A stretch of DNA of 32,000 nucleotides from Candidatus Diapherotrites archaeon CG08_land_8_20_14_0_20_30_16 (lineage in GTDB: Archaea > Iainarchaeota > Iainarchaeia > Iainarchaeales > 0-14-0-20-30-16), in assembly GCA_002779075.1 (NCBI GenBank), contig PEXK01000017.1, positions 1 through 32,000 of the forward strand, read 5' to 3'. Position 1 is the first letter of the stretch. The number at the start of each line of letters is the position of its first letter. Below, one piece after another: positions 23,167 to 32,000 of this stretch. A model generated the notes under the pieces. That model worked only from the letters and a program-made list of their open reading frames with translations, made no database searches and had not been told where the DNA came from. The position numbers and the translations under genes were made by a program.

Positions 23167-24012
23167 TGAATAATTACTGATTAAAATAAAACCTGTATCG
23201 CTTTTTCTATTTCTTAATGCTTTATAATATGCTTTTGGATTTTGTGCGTGTGCACCCAAATATTTTAAACCAAATTTTGTTTCTTTGTCGTCTAATTTTG
23301 TAATTAAAATGCCTCCATATTCAGCAAATCTAATTGACAAATGAGGTTTTTTATAAACCCCCTTTGTAAAAAAACTTCTTGTAATAGATCTAAATGTATA
23401 TCTTAATGATTCTAAATTACCATTTACTGTAAATTCACCAAAATAGGGAATTACTAATGTTCCTCCTACTTTTAAAGCATTACACAAATTTTCTAATGCT
23501 CTAAATTTATCTATTAAATAAGGAAAACCAAAATCTTCAATAATTAAATCATAAGTATTTCTTGGCAATCTATCAGATACTACATCAAAACCTTTTACTC
23601 TATCTCTTGAGACAATATCTACACCATCATATTTAACTTTTATTTTTGATCCTTTTGTATTTGGATATAGTCTTGCCAAATCTTTTCCAACATTGCCAAA
23701 ACCAGCACAAGCATCTAAAACCTTAACATTTGGTTTGCCTAATCTTTTTATTGTTTCAGTTACTGTTGGCAAACCTACTTTTTGCATATCTAAATCGTAA
23801 TTATCTAATGTCCTCATATTATCAGTAGTTCTTGGCAAATCCCTTGCAAACCTTGCTGCTAAGGATTTAGTTACAAATTTAGTCCTTCTTTTTCGTATTC
23901 TATCTACAAAGTTTTCTGTTTGTAAAACCTCTTTAGGCTTACCAGTTACTCTTGATTTTAAATCTAAAAGTCTTGATCTTACTATGTATTTTAATCTGCT
24001 TGGAATACCCAT
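23161..24012 (-). CDS. Class I SAM-dependent methyltransferase with a basic N-terminal extension; substrate unknown
   Basis: Motif I VLDACAGFGNVG, followed by the acidic DGVD and post-motif LIIEDFG. The N-terminal roughly 90 aa is Arg/Lys-rich. Confidence 0.75.
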   Translation of the reverse strand: MGIPSRLKYIVRSRLLDLKSRVTGKPKEVLQTENFVDRIRKRRTKFVTKSLAARFARDLPRTTDNMRTLDNYDLDMQKVGLPTVTETIKRLGKPNVKVLDACAGFGNVGKDLARLYPNTKGSKIKVKYDGVDIVSRDRVKGFDVVSDRLPRNTYDLIIEDFGFPYLIDKFRALENLCNALKVGGTLVIPYFGEFTVNGNLESLRYTFRSITRSFFTKGVYKKPHLSIRFAEYGGILITKLDDKETKFGLKYLGAHAQNPKAYYKALRNRKSDTGFILISNYSL

Positions 24013-24063
24013 ACATTATTTTATATACAATAGCTTTATTAACCCTTTTTCTCTTTTATTTAT

Positions 24064-25815
24064 ATGCAATTTGACGAGTTCTCTGAAAAGCTAAGTTTAA
24101 TGGAAACTACAGAATCTCGCTTAAAAATAAGAGATTATCTCTTCGATTTGTACAATAACTTGAACAAAAATGAAAGACAATTTACTACTTATTTATTACA
24201 ATCCCGAATTTTTCCTGCATATTTGAACAAAGAATTAAATATTGGTCAAAGTATTATAATTCAAGCAATATCTAAAAGTTTTGGCCAGTCAATGAATGAA
24301 ATAGAAAAGAAACATTTAGAATTGGGGGATTTGGGAGAAACTGCAGAATGTTTTGCAGAAAAAAGAAAACAAAAATCTCTTTTTTCAAAAAAAATAACCC
24401 TTTTAGAAGTTTATGATACTTTAAAAAAATTAGTAGATACCACAGGCAAAAACAGTACTGAAAGCAAGATAAATTTAATTTCATCATTATACAATAACAC
24501 AAATCCAAAAGAAACAAAATACATTACAAAACTAATTTTAAAAAGTTTAAGATTAAATTTGGGAATACAAACAATTATTGAAGCATGCGCATTAAAAGTA
24601 ATTAAAGATTTGGGATATAAAACACATGATGAAAATATGCAAGAGTACAAAAAAATAAAAGAAACAATTGATTTAAAACAAAGTGTTTGTAATGATTTGG
24701 GCAAAGTAGTAAGCGACATTTGGAATTTTGGTTTCAAAAGCATAGACAAAATTACTATAAAACCAGGAATTCCAATAAAATGTGCTTTGGGAGAAAGAGA
24801 AAAAAGTCCTGAAGCAATTATTGAACGTTTGGGTTATTGTCTAGTTGAGGGCAAGTATGATGGGTTTAGAACACAGGTTCACAAAGGCGAAAAAATACAA
24901 ATGTTTTCAAGAAGAGGAGAAAATAGTACAAATTATTTCCCTGAATTCGGCCCCCTATTGGAAAAGGCAAAACATAGTTTTATTTTAGATTGTGAGGCTA
25001 TAGGTTTTAATTCGAAAACAAAAAAGTTCTTGAGTTTTCAAGAAACTATAAAAAGAAAACGAAAATACGACATAAAAGAAATGTCTGAGAAAATTCCAGT
25101 TAAATTAATGGTGTTTGATGTGTTATATTTAGATGGCAAAGAAACTTTGCAGCTGCCATTAAAAGAAAGAAGAAAGATAGTTGAAAAAATAGTCAAAGAA
25201 ATTAATAATTCAAACATACAAACAACAATTGCAATTAAAACAAATAAATCAAAAGAACTGAAATCTTTTTTCGATAACTGTTTGAATTTAGGCCTAGAGG
25301 GAATTATGGCAAAAGATCTTAATAGATCTTATGTGCCAGGATCAAGAGATTTTGGGTGGATTAAATTGAAAAAAAATTATCTGTCGGGACAAGCAGATAG
25401 TTTTGATGTTTGTATTGTAGGGTATTTTTGCGGTCAAGGTAAAAACAAAACTATGCCTTCAAGTTTATTGTGTGCAGTTTATGATGAAGATAAAAACACC
25501 TACAACGTAATTACAAAGGTTGGTTCTGGATTAACAGAAGACCAAATGATTTCTTTCAAAGCAGAGTTTGAAACTATCACTACAAAGAAACCAGAAAATA
25601 TAAACACTAATTTAGAGCCGGACATGTATGTTGAGCCAAAATTTGTAATTGAAATCATTTGTGACGAAATTACAAAAAGCCCATTATACAAATTCACAAA
25701 AGGTTTCTCTTTTAGATTCCCAAGATTTATTAAAATTAGAGAGGATAAATCTCCCCAAGATACAACAACAATTGAAGAAATTGAAGAAATGTATTACCTC
25801 CAACACTCTATATAA
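24064..25815 (+). CDS. lig: ATP-dependent DNA ligase
   Basis: Adenylation motif I EGKYDGFR (KxDG), motifs EGIMAK and WIKLKKNY. 583 aa with an N-terminal DNA-binding domain layout. Confidence 0.93.
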   Translation: MQFDEFSEKLSLMETTESRLKIRDYLFDLYNNLNKNERQFTTYLLQSRIFPAYLNKELNIGQSIIIQAISKSFGQSMNEIEKKHLELGDLGETAECFAEKRKQKSLFSKKITLLEVYDTLKKLVDTTGKNSTESKINLISSLYNNTNPKETKYITKLILKSLRLNLGIQTIIEACALKVIKDLGYKTHDENMQEYKKIKETIDLKQSVCNDLGKVVSDIWNFGFKSIDKITIKPGIPIKCALGEREKSPEAIIERLGYCLVEGKYDGFRTQVHKGEKIQMFSRRGENSTNYFPEFGPLLEKAKHSFILDCEAIGFNSKTKKFLSFQETIKRKRKYDIKEMSEKIPVKLMVFDVLYLDGKETLQLPLKERRKIVEKIVKEINNSNIQTTIAIKTNKSKELKSFFDNCLNLGLEGIMAKDLNRSYVPGSRDFGWIKLKKNYLSGQADSFDVCIVGYFCGQGKNKTMPSSLLCAVYDEDKNTYNVITKVGSGLTEDQMISFKAEFETITTKKPENINTNLEPDMYVEPKFVIEIICDEITKSPLYKFTKGFSFRFPRFIKIREDKSPQDTTTIEEIEEMYYLQHSI

Positions 25816-25924
25816 TAAACAGATAAATTTTATGTGCGGCAAGGATACACACTAAACAGGTCAAGTTTATATGTTAATATTCTATGTTCATTATGTATTG
25901 GATAACGGTTAAATTGGTGACAGT

Positions 25925-26305
25925 ATGAAAGCACACATTAGAAATAAAGTACCAAAAGGCAAATTTGCAACTTACCATTTAACAAGAGCTCTTTCTTTAT
26001 CAGAAGTAAAAAACATCCCTTGCAAAACTATTTCTTGTTCTCCTAGCAGTTTTGGGCGGATTTCAAAAAAGGTAAAAAAATATTTGGCAGACAACAGATA
26101 TGTCATAACTATTGAAAAAAATAAGGGCAAGCCTTTGCAGACAAGTCCAAAAAAGATTTTAGAGGCAATAAAATTGTATCGTTCGGGAATGAGTTTCAGA
26201 AAGATAGAAAAAAAAATAGGGATTGCAAAAAGCACCTGCCATTATTTAGTAAGAAAAGCAAAAAAAACAAAAATAAAAAAAGGAACTGTAATTATTACTG
26301 TTTAA
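25925..26305 (+). CDS. Small basic helix-turn-helix protein (resolvase/IS-type HTH at the C-terminus)
   Basis: ILEAIKLYRSGMSFRKIEKKIGIAKSTCHYLVRKAKK is a classic HTH_7/HTH_23-like element. ATG is preceded by GGTGA. No recombinase catalytic domain is present. Confidence 0.6.
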   Translation: MKAHIRNKVPKGKFATYHLTRALSLSEVKNIPCKTISCSPSSFGRISKKVKKYLADNRYVITIEKNKGKPLQTSPKKILEAIKLYRSGMSFRKIEKKIGIAKSTCHYLVRKAKKTKIKKGTVIITV

Positions 26306-26312
26306 TTCATAA

Positions 26313-28796
26313 TTACTCTAAATGTATAGCTGGTTTGTTTGGCTTTGCTTTTCCTGATTTGTTTTGTGGGTCATATTTGTTTTTGTCATTAACAGCAAAA
26401 ACTTTTGTGTGCAGATTTGTTCTTCTTTTAACAATATCTAATCCATTTTGATACATTGTCAACTCATTTGGAATTACATAAACAAATGCTTTACTAACTG
26501 ATTGTCCATGTTTTTCTTGTACGATTCTTAATATGTTGTTTATATCTTCACATAAATCATTTACTAATTTGTCTTCTTTATCAAACATATCATTTATTTT
26601 TGATTCATCACAAACTGGCCACTTTTCCAAAGATAAATAAGTTTTGTTTCCTAAATTGTGCCATAACTCTTCAGTTATGTGTGGGCAAATTGGATGCAAT
26701 AATTTTAATATAATTTCATAATTCTCTTTTGTTATTTCTTCTAAAGAATCCATAGCATTTACTGTTGCAATTATCGCTTTAGGATATTCAAAACTATCGA
26801 TTGCATTTGTAGCAACCTTTATTGTTTTATTTATTTTGCTATCTAATCTTTCATCTTTTTTATTTGATAATTTTTCTGATAATTTTATTAATCTAGCTAT
26901 CGTTCTTGATGCCCCTTCTATTCCTTCATCAGACCATTCCATTTGTTTATCTGGTGAACAAACTAACATTAAAAATAATCTTGCTGCATCAATACCATAT
27001 TTATTTGAAATATCTGTTTGCAAAACAACATTTCCTTTTGATTTTGACATCTTATGTCCGTCTTTGTAAACTATTCCCAAAGTAAATAATTTTGAAAATG
27101 GTTCATCAAAATTAATATATCCCAGATCTTTTAAAACTTTTGTGAAAAAACGAGCATACATCAAATGCATAACTGCATGTTCTGCACCTCCAATATATTG
27201 ATCAACAGGCATCCAATAATTTACTTTTTTAATATCAAACGGTTTTTCTTTGTTTTTATTATCACAGTATCTCAAAAAATACCACGAACTATCAACAAAA
27301 CCGCCCATTGTATCTGTTTCTCGTTTTGCTTTCCCTTTACATTTAGGGCAAAGTGTGTTAATAAATTTGTTGCTTGTTGCCAAAGGATTTCCAGCTGTTT
27401 TGAAATCAACATCATTAGGTAATAAAACGGGTAGATCTTTTTCAGAAACTGGAACAACCCCACATTTATCGCAATATACTACAGGAATTGGCGTACCCCA
27501 ATATCTTTGTCTTGAAATCATCCAGTCCCTGATTTTATAATTTGTTGTTATCTTTCCTATTTTGTTTTTTTCTAACCAACTAGCAATTTTTGGCAATGCT
27601 TCTTTGTTGTTTGTTTTCGAGAACTCCCCAGAGTTAAATAATATTCCATCATTAACAGACGCATCTTTAAAATCTTTTGGATCAATTGGTTTTCCATCTT
27701 TACTAATTACAAACTTCAAAGGTATATTATATTTTTTTGCAAACCTAAAATCTCTCTTATCGTGTGCATCACACATTACAATTCCTGTGCCATACATTAC
27801 TGCAAAATTCGAAATATAAATAGGTATTTTTTCTTTTGTTGTAGGATTTATTGCATATTTTCCTGTGAATATTCCTTCTTTTTCTTTTTCTTCATTAATT
27901 CTATCTTCGATTTTTTCTTTTGTTACTTTTTTTATAAAGTCATTAACCTCTTTTTCATATTTTGTTCCTTTTGTTAGTTCATTAACTAATGGACTTTCTG
28001 GAGCAATACACAAAAAAGTTACTGAAAAAATAGTATCGCATCTCGTTGTAAATGTTTCTAATATTTTATTTGAATTTTCCAAAGGAAAGAAAATATTTAC
28101 CCCTTCACTTTTACCTATCCAATTTCTTTGCATTGTTTTAATCCTTTCTGGCCAATCAATTTTATCTAAATCATTTAATAATCTATCAGCATAGTCAGTA
28201 ATTTTGAAAAACCATTGATTCATATTTTTTTGTGTTACATTATTTCCACAACGCCAACATTTTCCTGCTTCTGCTTCCTCATTTGCTAAAACACTTTGAC
28301 AAATCTCACACCAATTAACTGGTGCCTCTTTTTTATATGCTATGCCTTTTTCGAACATTTTAATAAAGAAAAATTGATTCCATTTGTAATACTGTGATTC
28401 ATGACTAGATAATATTCTTGACCAATCATAACTATTACCTAATGCTTTTTGGAATTTCATAATTTGTGCTATAGCGTCATTAGTATACTTTTCTGGAGAT
28501 ATTCCTTCTTTTTTTGATGCAATCTCTGCTGGCAAGCCAAAAGAATCATAACCCATAGGATACAATACATTGTAACCTTGCATTCTTTTTACTCTAGCAT
28601 AAACATCTCCTATTGTGTAAACTCTTACATGCCCCATATGCAAAAAGCTAGCACTAGGATAAGGGTACATCTCCAAAACATAGCATTTCTTCTTCTTAGA
28701 ATCTTCTTTCACTTCAAATATTTTATTTTTTTCCCATGCTTTTTGCCATTTCTTTTCAATGTCTATCATTTTTGCAAATTCAGTCATATTTACCAC
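26313..28796 (-). CDS. leuS: Leucyl-tRNA synthetase, bacterial-type architecture
   Basis: HIGH-type LHMGH and KMSKS (HKMSKSKGN). The stretch GYDSFGLPAE...YDWSR...NWCEICQSVLANEE...CWRCG...QWFFKITDYADRLLNDLDKIDWPERIKTMQRNWIGKSEG tracks E. coli-type LeuRS nearly motif for motif. A CP1 editing domain is present (TTRCDTIF..APESPL). Confidence 0.93.
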   Translation of the reverse strand: MVNMTEFAKMIDIEKKWQKAWEKNKIFEVKEDSKKKKCYVLEMYPYPSASFLHMGHVRVYTIGDVYARVKRMQGYNVLYPMGYDSFGLPAEIASKKEGISPEKYTNDAIAQIMKFQKALGNSYDWSRILSSHESQYYKWNQFFFIKMFEKGIAYKKEAPVNWCEICQSVLANEEAEAGKCWRCGNNVTQKNMNQWFFKITDYADRLLNDLDKIDWPERIKTMQRNWIGKSEGVNIFFPLENSNKILETFTTRCDTIFSVTFLCIAPESPLVNELTKGTKYEKEVNDFIKKVTKEKIEDRINEEKEKEGIFTGKYAINPTTKEKIPIYISNFAVMYGTGIVMCDAHDKRDFRFAKKYNIPLKFVISKDGKPIDPKDFKDASVNDGILFNSGEFSKTNNKEALPKIASWLEKNKIGKITTNYKIRDWMISRQRYWGTPIPVVYCDKCGVVPVSEKDLPVLLPNDVDFKTAGNPLATSNKFINTLCPKCKGKAKRETDTMGGFVDSSWYFLRYCDNKNKEKPFDIKKVNYWMPVDQYIGGAEHAVMHLMYARFFTKVLKDLGYINFDEPFSKLFTLGIVYKDGHKMSKSKGNVVLQTDISNKYGIDAARLFLMLVCSPDKQMEWSDEGIEGASRTIARLIKLSEKLSNKKDERLDSKINKTIKVATNAIDSFEYPKAIIATVNAMDSLEEITKENYEIILKLLHPICPHITEELWHNLGNKTYLSLEKWPVCDESKINDMFDKEDKLVNDLCEDINNILRIVQEKHGQSVSKAFVYVIPNELTMYQNGLDIVKRRTNLHTKVFAVNDKNKYDPQNKSGKAKPNKPAIHLE

Positions 28797-28947
28797 TTAA
28801 ATAGAAAATATATATGAATAAATAGGAAAAAGGTTTAAAAGGACTTTCTAGAAGCCTCTTTCAACATGTTTGTTATGTTTAAGCAAATTGTTTTTAATGT
28901 TGTTACGAGTATTATATTTACTGCACAGAGAATAATCTGGTATTATA

Positions 28948-30516
28948 ATGGGTGAGAAAATGTCTGAACAGACATTACATAGTGAAAAACTAATTGAAAA
29001 AATAATGACTTATGCAACAACTAAACAGATTGTTATAGGCAAAGATGCTATTTTTCAAATGTCAAACAATAATTATATTGATATTATTAATGATGCTGAT
29101 GAAAAAGGAATTTTTGTAATTAATAAAGATTTTGTTTTAGAATTTTTAAAAGAGCACCCCGAAATAAAAGAAACAGAAGAACTGCCACAAGATCATAAGA
29201 TTGTTACAGGGCAGTTTCCAACAGAAATATTAAAGAGCATTTATATTCCTGCTGCTGACAACGATTCTGATTTAATTATCCCAAAAGAGGAATATATTAG
29301 CGATAAAGAAAAATTCAAAGGCGACATTTCTGATTTTCAAGAATATTTTTTAACAAGATATAAAGAATTAAAAAAAATTCTAATGAAACATCCAAATATA
29401 AATCCAATATCTAGCAAAGCTTTAAAATTTATGAAAGAGGGAGAATCAGTTTGCTTAATTGGAATGGTTTATGAAAAAAGAATAAGCAAAAAAGGGAATA
29501 CAGTATTAACTTTAGATGATCTAGATGGTCAATTTAAAGTAGTTATATCGCCAACTTCAAAATTAATAGGGTTTGAAAAACTAGTAATAATTGAAGATGT
29601 AATTAGTGTAAAGGGAAGATGTTTTGGAAATGGAATGATATTTGCTGAAGAAATAGAATACCCTGGAATGACAAATAGAACAATGAAAAAAGCAAACAGA
29701 AACCTCAATTTATTGGTTACTTCGGACATTCATATTGGAAGCAAATTGTATTACGATGATATGTTCAAAGAATTTATTGAGTGGTTGAACTGCAAAAATG
29801 TTTCAAGTGTTGAAAGAGAAGAAATAAACAAAATAAAATACATTATTTTTAATGGAGATTGCGTTGATGGAATTGGTGTTTATCCGCAACAATTAACAGA
29901 ATTAAATGTTATTGATATTTATGAACAATATGAAATTCTTGCTAACTATTTAGCACAAATACCAGAATATGTCGAGATTTTAATTTTGCCAGGAAACCAT
30001 GATGCAGTAAGAAGAGCAGATCCTCAACCACAAATTTCAAAAGATTTTGCAAAAGGATTATACGATTTGAAAAATTGTCACATGATTGGCTCGCCAGCTT
30101 GGGCACAGATTGAAGGTATAAATGTATTGGCGTACCATGGAAACTCAATGAATACTTTGCAACTTCAATTAAAAATTGATCCTACAAAACCAGAACTGGC
30201 TATGGAACAATATCTGCTTAGAAGAGATTTATCATCCGTATATGGTGAAAAGCAACCAAATATTCCTGACAAAAAAGGAATTATGCTAATAAAAAAGGAA
30301 CCAGATATTTTTGTTACGGGCCACATTCACAGTAATGGCTACAAATATTACAATGGCTGTTTAGCAGTTAATCCTGGTTGTTGGCAAGCGCAAACTGTTT
30401 TTCAAAAAGAACAGGGTCACATTCCTACCCCTGGAAGAGTGCCAATTATTCAATTAAATAAAGGAATGTATTTTGAGAAGGTGTTTAATAATGGAAATCC
30501 AAATATCCCCTTGTGA
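28948..30516 (+). CDS. polB: DNA polymerase II (PolD) small subunit DP1
   Basis: Calcineurin-like phosphoesterase motifs DIHIG, GDCVDG, LPGNHD, GHIH, with an OB-fold region upstream. An alternative start ATG at 28960 is preceded by GGTGA. Confidence 0.92.
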   Translation: MGEKMSEQTLHSEKLIEKIMTYATTKQIVIGKDAIFQMSNNNYIDIINDADEKGIFVINKDFVLEFLKEHPEIKETEELPQDHKIVTGQFPTEILKSIYIPAADNDSDLIIPKEEYISDKEKFKGDISDFQEYFLTRYKELKKILMKHPNINPISSKALKFMKEGESVCLIGMVYEKRISKKGNTVLTLDDLDGQFKVVISPTSKLIGFEKLVIIEDVISVKGRCFGNGMIFAEEIEYPGMTNRTMKKANRNLNLLVTSDIHIGSKLYYDDMFKEFIEWLNCKNVSSVEREEINKIKYIIFNGDCVDGIGVYPQQLTELNVIDIYEQYEILANYLAQIPEYVEILILPGNHDAVRRADPQPQISKDFAKGLYDLKNCHMIGSPAWAQIEGINVLAYHGNSMNTLQLQLKIDPTKPELAMEQYLLRRDLSSVYGEKQPNIPDKKGIMLIKKEPDIFVTGHIHSNGYKYYNGCLAVNPGCWQAQTVFQKEQGHIPTPGRVPIIQLNKGMYFEKVFNNGNPNIPL

Positions 30517-32000
30517 TAATCAAACAAGAAAATATTTTGAAGGTTTAATACAGAAGTCCGAAGAACTGTATAAAATAGCAGAAAGTGCAAGGGCTAAGGG
30601 GTTTGACTTAACAAACGAAGTAGAAATACAAAGAGCATCTAACTTGGCAGATAGAACAGAAAAAATTACTGGTCCAGAAGGGTTAACAAAAAGATATTTT
30701 GAAATTCTTGCAGAAACCGATGACAGAACAAAAACAATTTTTGCAATATTTAAAGAAATTGTTGAAAACAAATTAGGGAAATACAAAAATGATGAAGAAA
30801 AAATATCACAAGCAGTAAAAACAGCTTTAATGCTTTTGACGGAAGGTGTTGTTGTTGCCCCTGTTGATGGTTTGCCAGAAATTAAAATATCAGAAAATCC
30901 AGACAAAACAAAATATTTAAATTTGTTTTTTGCAGGCCCCATTAGAGCTGCTGGTGGAACAGCAACTGTTTTTCCTTTAATCTTGGGACATTATGGTTCA
31001 ATATTAATGAACTTAGGCACATATAAACCAACAGAAACAGAAATCGAAAGATATGTTGAAGAAAATAAAATATATCACAAAATAACATCGAGACAATATA
31101 AAGCAAGTGATGATGAAATAAGATACATTATAAAAAATTGCCCGATTTGTATAAATGGCGAAGGCACTGAAGATGAAGAAGTAGAAGCATTTAGAAACGT
31201 TAGAAATGTGCACACCAATAAAATTAGAGGAGGAACAATGCTTGTTATTAATGAAGGCATTGGATTAAAAGCCGCAAAATTAATGCAGTTTGCAAAAAGT
31301 CTTAATTTGGATTGGTCTTGGTTAGAAAAATTTATTAAAGTAAAAAGTGTTGGTGGAAAAAAAGAAATTACCCCAATAAAAAAATATTTGGAAGGTGCAG
31401 CAGCAGGCAGACCAATATTTGCTTATCCTTCGAGATTTGGAGGATTTAGATTAAGGTATGGTCGAACAAGAACTACCGGATTAATGGGTACTGCAATTCA
31501 CCCTGCAACAATGTATTTATTAGATGAATTTCCTGCTATGGGTGCACAATTGAAATTGGAGCGGCCAGGAAAAGCATCAACTATTTCAAGCTGTGATTCA
31601 ATTGAAGGGCCAGTTATATTAACAGATGAAGGCGTAAAATATATTACAAAAAAAGAAGACATTCCAGAATCTGAAAAAATAAAAAGAATTTTATTTTTAG
31701 GGGATATTTTAGTATCTTACGGCGATTTTAGAAAATCTGGACACCCTTTAGTGCCTGTTGGTTTTTGTGAAGAATGGTGGCACAAAATACTTTTGCAAAA
31801 AGCAAAAGAAAATACTTTGTTGGAACAATACACAAAAATTAATCCTCAAAATGTTGATGTTTATACTGCAATAAAATTAAGTGATGAATTTTCTTTGCCT
31901 CTGCACCCAAAATATCTTTTTTATTATAATCAATTAAATAAACAGGCAATAGAATACATCAAAAAAAAGATTGAAGATGCAGAAATAAATTATTGTGATG
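30491..32000 (+). CDS. polC: DNA polymerase II (PolD) large subunit DP2; 3' end beyond the window
   Basis: Open frame from ATG 30491 to the window end, absent from the ORF track because it has no stop. MEIQISPCDNQTRKYFEGL..., LTEGVVVAPVDG, GRPIFAYPSRFGGFRLRYGRTRTTG and ERPGKA are DP2 N-terminal hallmarks. It overlaps the DP1 end by 26 nt. Confidence 0.92.
   Translation, partial: MEIQISPCDNQTRKYFEGLIQKSEELYKIAESARAKGFDLTNEVEIQRASNLADRTEKITGPEGLTKRYFEILAETDDRTKTIFAIFKEIVENKLGKYKNDEEKISQAVKTALMLLTEGVVVAPVDGLPEIKISENPDKTKYLNLFFAGPIRAAGGTATVFPLILGHYGSILMNLGTYKPTETEIERYVEENKIYHKITSRQYKASDDEIRYIIKNCPICINGEGTEDEEVEAFRNVRNVHTNKIRGGTMLVINEGIGLKAAKLMQFAKSLNLDWSWLEKFIKVKSVGGKKEITPIKKYLEGAAAGRPIFAYPSRFGGFRLRYGRTRTTGLMGTAIHPATMYLLDEFPAMGAQLKLERPGKASTISSCDSIEGPVILTDEGVKYITKKEDIPESEKIKRILFLGDILVSYGDFRKSGHPLVPVGFCEEWWHKILLQKAKENTLLEQYTKINPQNVDVYTAIKLSDEFSLPLHPKYLFYYNQLNKQAIEYIKKKIEDAEINYCD

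Noticed and set aside
24272-25855. Minus- and plus-strand small ORFs inside or overlapping the ligase gene (24272-24517, 24411-24749, 25500-25697, 25649-25855)
   Set aside because: They are shadow or out-of-frame ORFs within a confidently identified ligase CDS, with no independent signals.
26836-28817. Multiple plus-strand ORFs of 63-109 aa
   Set aside because: They are antisense within leuS, and their Phe/Ile/Ser-rich products are typical of AT-rich shadow frames.
30520-31260. Minus-strand ORFs (140, 66 and 61 aa)
   Set aside because: They are antisense to the continuous, motif-rich PolD DP2 frame that starts at 30491.

Overview
Strongly AT-rich archaeal chromosome segment. Archaeal identity follows from PolD DP1/DP2, proteasome beta, aCPSF1, membrane LonB, Bud32, Taw3 and a class-III-signal pilin with FlaI/FlaJ-like partners. 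A small-genome DPANN-like host is only an inference. Most of the window is densely packed housekeeping: lon, taw3, aCPSF1, psmB, bud32, marC-like, rnhB, tRNA-Trp, FKBP, DNA ligase, leuS, polD small and large subunits. Accessory or unusual material sits between these genes. (1) A two-gene cassette (free-standing ThrRS-editing-domain protein plus AAA/DUF4143 ATPase) is bracketed by a 21-bp direct repeat that copies the 3' end of taw3. (2) An intergenic 71-bp tandem repeat carries a hairpin conserved by three compensatory base-pair changes. (3) A hicBA pair has a hicA with no canonical start codon. (4) A tightly coupled operon of unknown function encodes a radical-SAM (twitch/SPASM-like) enzyme, a small basic protein and a Nudix-like protein with a degenerate Nudix box. 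(5) A type IV pilus locus is interrupted by an AlbA_2/HATPase_c_4 regulator-like gene carrying five perfect 12-bp repeats, and by a KilA-N gene plus a Bro-N gene remnant. No CRISPR array, rRNA, transposase or integrase was seen. All family calls rest on motif recognition by eye; no searches were run.
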